Shown in pieces: positions 61,401 to 64,000 of a stretch of 64,000 bases of DNA. Where the stretch lies: positions 7,626-71,625 of the forward strand of contig JBDVLX010000174.1 of NCBI GenBank assembly GCA_039970455.1, read 5' to 3'. This DNA comes from Marinomonas sp. Its GTDB lineage: Bacteria > Pseudomonadota > Gammaproteobacteria > Pseudomonadales > Marinomonadaceae. Position 1 is the stretch's first letter. Each line of letters starts with the position of its first letter. The notes under the pieces are model-generated. The model made no database searches, was not told the origin of the DNA, and saw only the letters and a list, made by a program, of their open reading frames with translations. The position numbers were made by a program, and so were the translations under genes.

Positions 61401-61597
61401 GCGTTCATAGCCGTAACGAAACCACTTGTGCCAACATCGCCAGCCGCGCACGCGTTGGTAACCTCTACATCAACCGCGACCAAGTCGGTGCGGTTGTTGG
61501 CGTACAACCTTTTGGTGGTCAAGGCTTATCTGGCACGGGGCCAAAAGCAGGCGGTCCACACTACTTACAACGCTTCGCCATTGAGCAAGGCCTTTAA
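58475..61597 (+). CDS. putA: Bifunctional proline dehydrogenase / L-glutamate gamma-semialdehyde dehydrogenase PutA (no N-terminal RHH)
   Basis: SFDMLGEAA, RLVKGAYWD, RRLLENGANSSF, AETGGQNA, SAGQRCSALR, GTGPKAGG. Confidence 0.98.
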   Translation: MFKAIDVLQPEFIQKPLNELWTLISPLYKADEESWLKELLPLAKPTEQELANHTNAASQLIAEVRKDDDSMSMIDALLLEYSLDTKEGILLMCLAEALMRVPDKETADAFIKDRLSVADWASHAKNSDSFFVNASTWGLLLTGKIVTMDEKQDGSPANLVNRMVNRVSEPVIRKAMNQAMKVMGHQFVLGRDIKEALSRGKGYRDKGYTYSFDMLGEAALTAADANKYLTSYERAIESVGKDTYNQKHRPTISIKLSALHPRYEVGSEERVMTELFDSVKGLITKARALNVGITIDAEEADRLELSLHLFEKLYRDETTRGWGLFGLVVQAYSKRALPVLAWLAALAKEQGDRIPVRLVKGAYWDSEIKLCQQRGINGYPVYTRKEATDVSYLACAHFLLSEHTRANIFPQFASHNAHTIATIHCLAQQLGATSDEFEFQRLHGMGDALYNHLIKENDICVRIYAPVGSHKDLLPYLVRRLLENGANSSFVHRLIDASYPIEDLVDHPVTTLESRKTLANQHINLPIDLFDDRKNSFGPNIEIDSDWTPFKAKIDEFMAQNTQWRAFPIVGGEKVETGQSHAILSPYDHSQAAGQIDWADSATVTKAIDIAEAAFPAWSTRSANERADCLDRAADLMEENYAELMALCHREAGKTIQDSIDEVREAVDFCRYYAQQARSHFANPTAYTDFLGNKKQAQLKGRGVFACISPWNFPLAIFTGQVVAALVVGNTVIAKPAEQTSLIAFRAIELLHQAGIPTDVLHLLPGDGATVGAPLTSDKRIAGLAFTGSTGTAQLINRTLAARGVTPAPVIAETGGQNAMLVDSTSLPEQVVRDAVRSAFASAGQRCSALRVLFIQEDIADRVIPMIKGAMQEQSVGLPYLHSTDVGPVIDKKAQNMLLDHIEHMKAAGKLIAQAALPEFADKGTYVAPTAFEIDSIDQLTDEKFGPILHVVRYKARDLNKIIDTINNSGFGLTLGVHSRNETTCANIASRARVGNLYINRDQVGAVVGVQPFGGQGLSGTGPKAGGPHYLQRFAIEQGL

Positions 61598-61611
61598 GAG
61601 GAGACAACATT

Positions 61612-62310
61612 ATGACAATCGTACAACCTATCCAAATTCAGGTCGCTCAAAAAGTCTTCGAAGCATGGGACAAACTTGGCGTCATTGGTCGTGCTGAAAA
61701 GCTAGAAAAAGCCCTTGCTGCTTTTCCTGACGATCAAGGCAAAATGGCACAATGGCAAATCGACAACGCCAAGCGTGAAATTGCCGAAACACGAGTCATG
61801 CCAGGGCCAACAGGCGAACGCAATGAGCTTTCTAGCCAAGGTCGAGGGCCGTTTCTGTGTGTTTCTCTACCCAATAACGGTTCAACAGAACAGGAAACAG
61901 AGACCGTAGGTTTAGTCGGTCAGATTTTTACTGCGCTTATTGCTGGCAATCCAGTAATTACTGTCGGTCAAGCAGGCCAAGATATCATGGACAAAATCAC
62001 GCCATATGTTGCAGAAGGCGTGATCCAAAATATTGCGGATTCAGCTTTAGATTCCTTGATTGAAGCAAATCACCTTGCTGGTATTGCTACCTTGTGTGAT
62101 GAGGATCAAGCACAGCAGCTCAATCAACGACTTGCAGCAAAAGGCGGCTTAATCTGTCAATTGATCGAAGAAACCGACAGAGAGAGCCTAAGCACCATTG
62201 CGAAGCCTCATTACTTGTTGAGGTTTGTGACAGAACGCACCATCTCTAACAACACCACAGCCATCGGTGGAAACGCCACGCTACTCGAACTCGGCAGCAT
62301 GGATGATTAA
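61612..62310 (+). CDS. Non-catalytic ALDH-fold protein resembling the PutA C-terminal domain
   Basis: MPGPTGERNEL...GRG, ALIAGNPV and the ending RFVTERTISNNTTAIGGNATLL match the CTD of long PutAs; no ETGG or catalytic Cys motif. Confidence 0.8.
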   Translation: MTIVQPIQIQVAQKVFEAWDKLGVIGRAEKLEKALAAFPDDQGKMAQWQIDNAKREIAETRVMPGPTGERNELSSQGRGPFLCVSLPNNGSTEQETETVGLVGQIFTALIAGNPVITVGQAGQDIMDKITPYVAEGVIQNIADSALDSLIEANHLAGIATLCDEDQAQQLNQRLAAKGGLICQLIEETDRESLSTIAKPHYLLRFVTERTISNNTTAIGGNATLLELGSMDD

Positions 62311-62356
62311 AAATACGCGATAACAAAGCCTATTTTTTTATTAAAACACTCGACAC

Positions 62357-62404
62357 AAAAAAGCCCCTTGGATCTCTCATCAGAGTGATTCAAGGGGCTT
62401 TTTT
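62357..62404. terminator. Bidirectional terminator
   Basis: AAAAAAGCCCCTTG...CAAGGGGCTTTTTT between convergent genes. Confidence 0.88.
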
Positions 62405-62420
62405 CGTCCGTAGTGATTAC

Positions 62421-63530
62421 TTACTCAACTTCACGTCCGTTGATGTAAGCTCGCTCAGAAACTTCGTGCCATGCTCTTACTTTGCCACCGAAGTCTTTGA
62501 AGGAGTCGTAGACTTTTTGGCTTAATGGGTCTGCCGCTGCCACTTCTTCTAAGGTTTCTTCAGACGCTTTTTTCAGTGCAGACATAACGTCGCTAGGGAA
62601 AGGTTTCAAAACAACATTGTGCTCATTAACCAATGTTTCCAACGCTGCGTTATTCAGAGCAGTAAACTCATCTAGCATTTCCGCGTTTGCTTGACGAACA
62701 GCAGAACGCACGATCATTTGAAGATCTTTTGGTAGTGCTTCAAAGGCTTCTTTGTTGAATATGGCTTCCATTGTGGAGCCTGGCTCATGCCAACCTGGGT
62801 AGTAGTAGAACTTCGCTGCCTTGTACAAGCCAAATGCTAGGTCATTGTATGGGCCAACCCATTCTGTCGCATCGATCGCACCTGTTTGCAATGAAGTAAA
62901 GATTTCACCACCAGGCAAGTTGATTGGCGTTCCGCCCACTTTTTTCAATACTTCACCTCCAAGGCCAGGAATACGCATTTTCAGGCCTTGGAAGTCTTCT
63001 AAAGAATTGATTTCTTTGTTGAACCAACCGCCCATTTGCACGCCAGTATTACCTGCCGCCATCGGAATCAAGTTAAATGGTTCGTAGATTTCTTCCCACA
63101 GTTTTAAACCGCCACCATGATGAATCCAAGAGTTGATTTCTTGCGCTGTGAAGCCAAAAGGAACCGCGGTGAAAAATTGCGCTGCTGGCGCTTTGCCTTT
63201 CCAATAATAAGCTGCACCATGACCCATTTCCGCTGTGCCGCGAGAAACAGCATCGAACACTTCAAGAGGTGGAACCAACTCGCCTGCCGCATAGACTTTG
63301 ATACTTAAGCGTCCATTCGACATATCATTAATATTTTGCGCTAGATTCTCTGCGCCTGTCCCTAAACCAGGGAAGTTTTTTGGCCAAGTAGTCACCATTT
63401 TCCAATTAATGACTTCTGCTTTTTGCTCTGCTTTTGCGGTTTCTTCTTTCTCAGAACCTCCGCATGCAGCCAAAGTGACAGCAGCTAGGCCAACAAGTGT
63501 TAACTTGCTCCACGTTTTTGTTATTTTCAT
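62421..63530 (-). CDS. dctP: TRAP substrate-binding protein (TakP/2-oxoacid-binding subfamily) with lipoprotein signal
   Basis: WKMVTTWPKNFPGLG, GNTGVQMGGWF, KMRIPGLGG, AIDATEWVGP; lipobox LAAC. Confidence 0.92.
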   Translation of the reverse strand: MKITKTWSKLTLVGLAAVTLAACGGSEKEETAKAEQKAEVINWKMVTTWPKNFPGLGTGAENLAQNINDMSNGRLSIKVYAAGELVPPLEVFDAVSRGTAEMGHGAAYYWKGKAPAAQFFTAVPFGFTAQEINSWIHHGGGLKLWEEIYEPFNLIPMAAGNTGVQMGGWFNKEINSLEDFQGLKMRIPGLGGEVLKKVGGTPINLPGGEIFTSLQTGAIDATEWVGPYNDLAFGLYKAAKFYYYPGWHEPGSTMEAIFNKEAFEALPKDLQMIVRSAVRQANAEMLDEFTALNNAALETLVNEHNVVLKPFPSDVMSALKKASEETLEEVAAADPLSQKVYDSFKDFGGKVRAWHEVSERAYINGREVE

Positions 63531-63725
63531 TTTTTATCCCTCAAGAGACCAACTAAAATTATTTTTATAATGCTTAGCCTTATTTAAAAGATCCTAAAAT
63601 AAGGATAGAAAAAGGCTCTTTGATCACACTTTATGCACTAAGCAAGACCGATAGTATGAATTGCTGAACCTCCTCTCAAGACCTTTTTAAGTTTTTCTTT
63701 CTTTTATTCTGACTTTTAAGACAAA

Positions 63726-63756
63726 AAAGCCCCAACATCGTGGATGTTGGGGCTTT
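63726..63756 (-). terminator. Intrinsic terminator between the two dctP paralogues
   Basis: AAAGCCCCAACATC-GTG-GATGTTGGGGCTTT with a U-tract on the minus strand. Confidence 0.88.
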
Positions 63757-63803
63757 ATAGAAGATTAATGACTCATTTTTACACGAGCATTAATGCTTAT
63801 GGC

Positions 63804-64000
63804 TTAGTCGTTTGCGCGAGCGTTAATAAAGGCACGCTCAGACACATCATGCCATTCGCTTACTGAATCCAAGAAGCCTTTGAAAGAGTCATAAACACGC
63901 TGACTGTCTGGGTCATTCGCAGCAATCTCTTTCAGTGTTTCATCAGAAGCGACTTTTAGGGCTTCTAACAAATCTTTTGGATAAGTTTTTAGAACAACAC
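63804..64000 (-). CDS. dctP: Second TRAP substrate-binding protein, 3' end only (partial)
   Basis: Reads VVLKTYPKDLLEALKVASDETLKEIAANDPDSQRVYDSFKGFLDSVSEWHDVSERAFINARAND*, collinear with the C-terminus of 62421-63530. Confidence 0.9.
   Translation of the reverse strand, partial: VVLKTYPKDLLEALKVASDETLKEIAANDPDSQRVYDSFKGFLDSVSEWHDVSERAFINARAND

Noticed and set aside
37194-63756. Recurring AAAAAGCCCC...GGGGCTTTTT hairpins as a REP or CRISPR-like repeat family
   Set aside because: Isolated single stems at gene ends with unrelated loops; these are ordinary intrinsic terminators, not a spaced array.
1-64000. rRNA, tRNA, CRISPR arrays, integrase, transposase or prophage genes
   Set aside because: None recognised by eye. 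tRNAscan-SE, Infernal and a CRISPR finder would be needed to exclude small RNAs formally.

Overview
64 kb of a gammaproteobacterial chromosome. The protein sequences and gene order suggest Marinomonas or another Oceanospirillales lineage; this is inferred, not searched. The backbone matches the known Pseudomonas order: yicC ... gmk-rpoZ-spoT-ridA-SDR-oxyR-recG ... SadB-like HDOD-ubiC-ubiA-phoB-phoR ... phoU-pstBACS. It is followed by TRAP dctQM, qor, an AraC regulator, putA with a separately encoded PutA C-terminal-domain-like gene, and two tandem TRAP binding-protein genes. About 23 kb of accessory cargo separates yicC from gmk: a probable hipBA relic, a DUF3100/amidohydrolase/LysR/sdaA operon, two diguanylate cyclases, LysR-HlyD-DUF2955, a PhnR-controlled 2-aminoethylphosphonate-type ABC cluster with EamA plus a HAD phosphatase in place of phnWX, and an AT-rich orphan membrane protein. 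The main observations are (1) pstC split by an exact 16-bp tandem duplication, (2) a three-gene module of a Cys-less molybdopterin-oxidoreductase-fold protein, a hybrid kinase with His->Gln and no receiver Asp, and an Hpt, (3) the phnWX-less phosphonate-type cluster, and (4) the split PutA. No rRNA, tRNA, CRISPR array, integrase or transposase was recognised. All calls come from motif reading and recalled family knowledge; no database searches were run.
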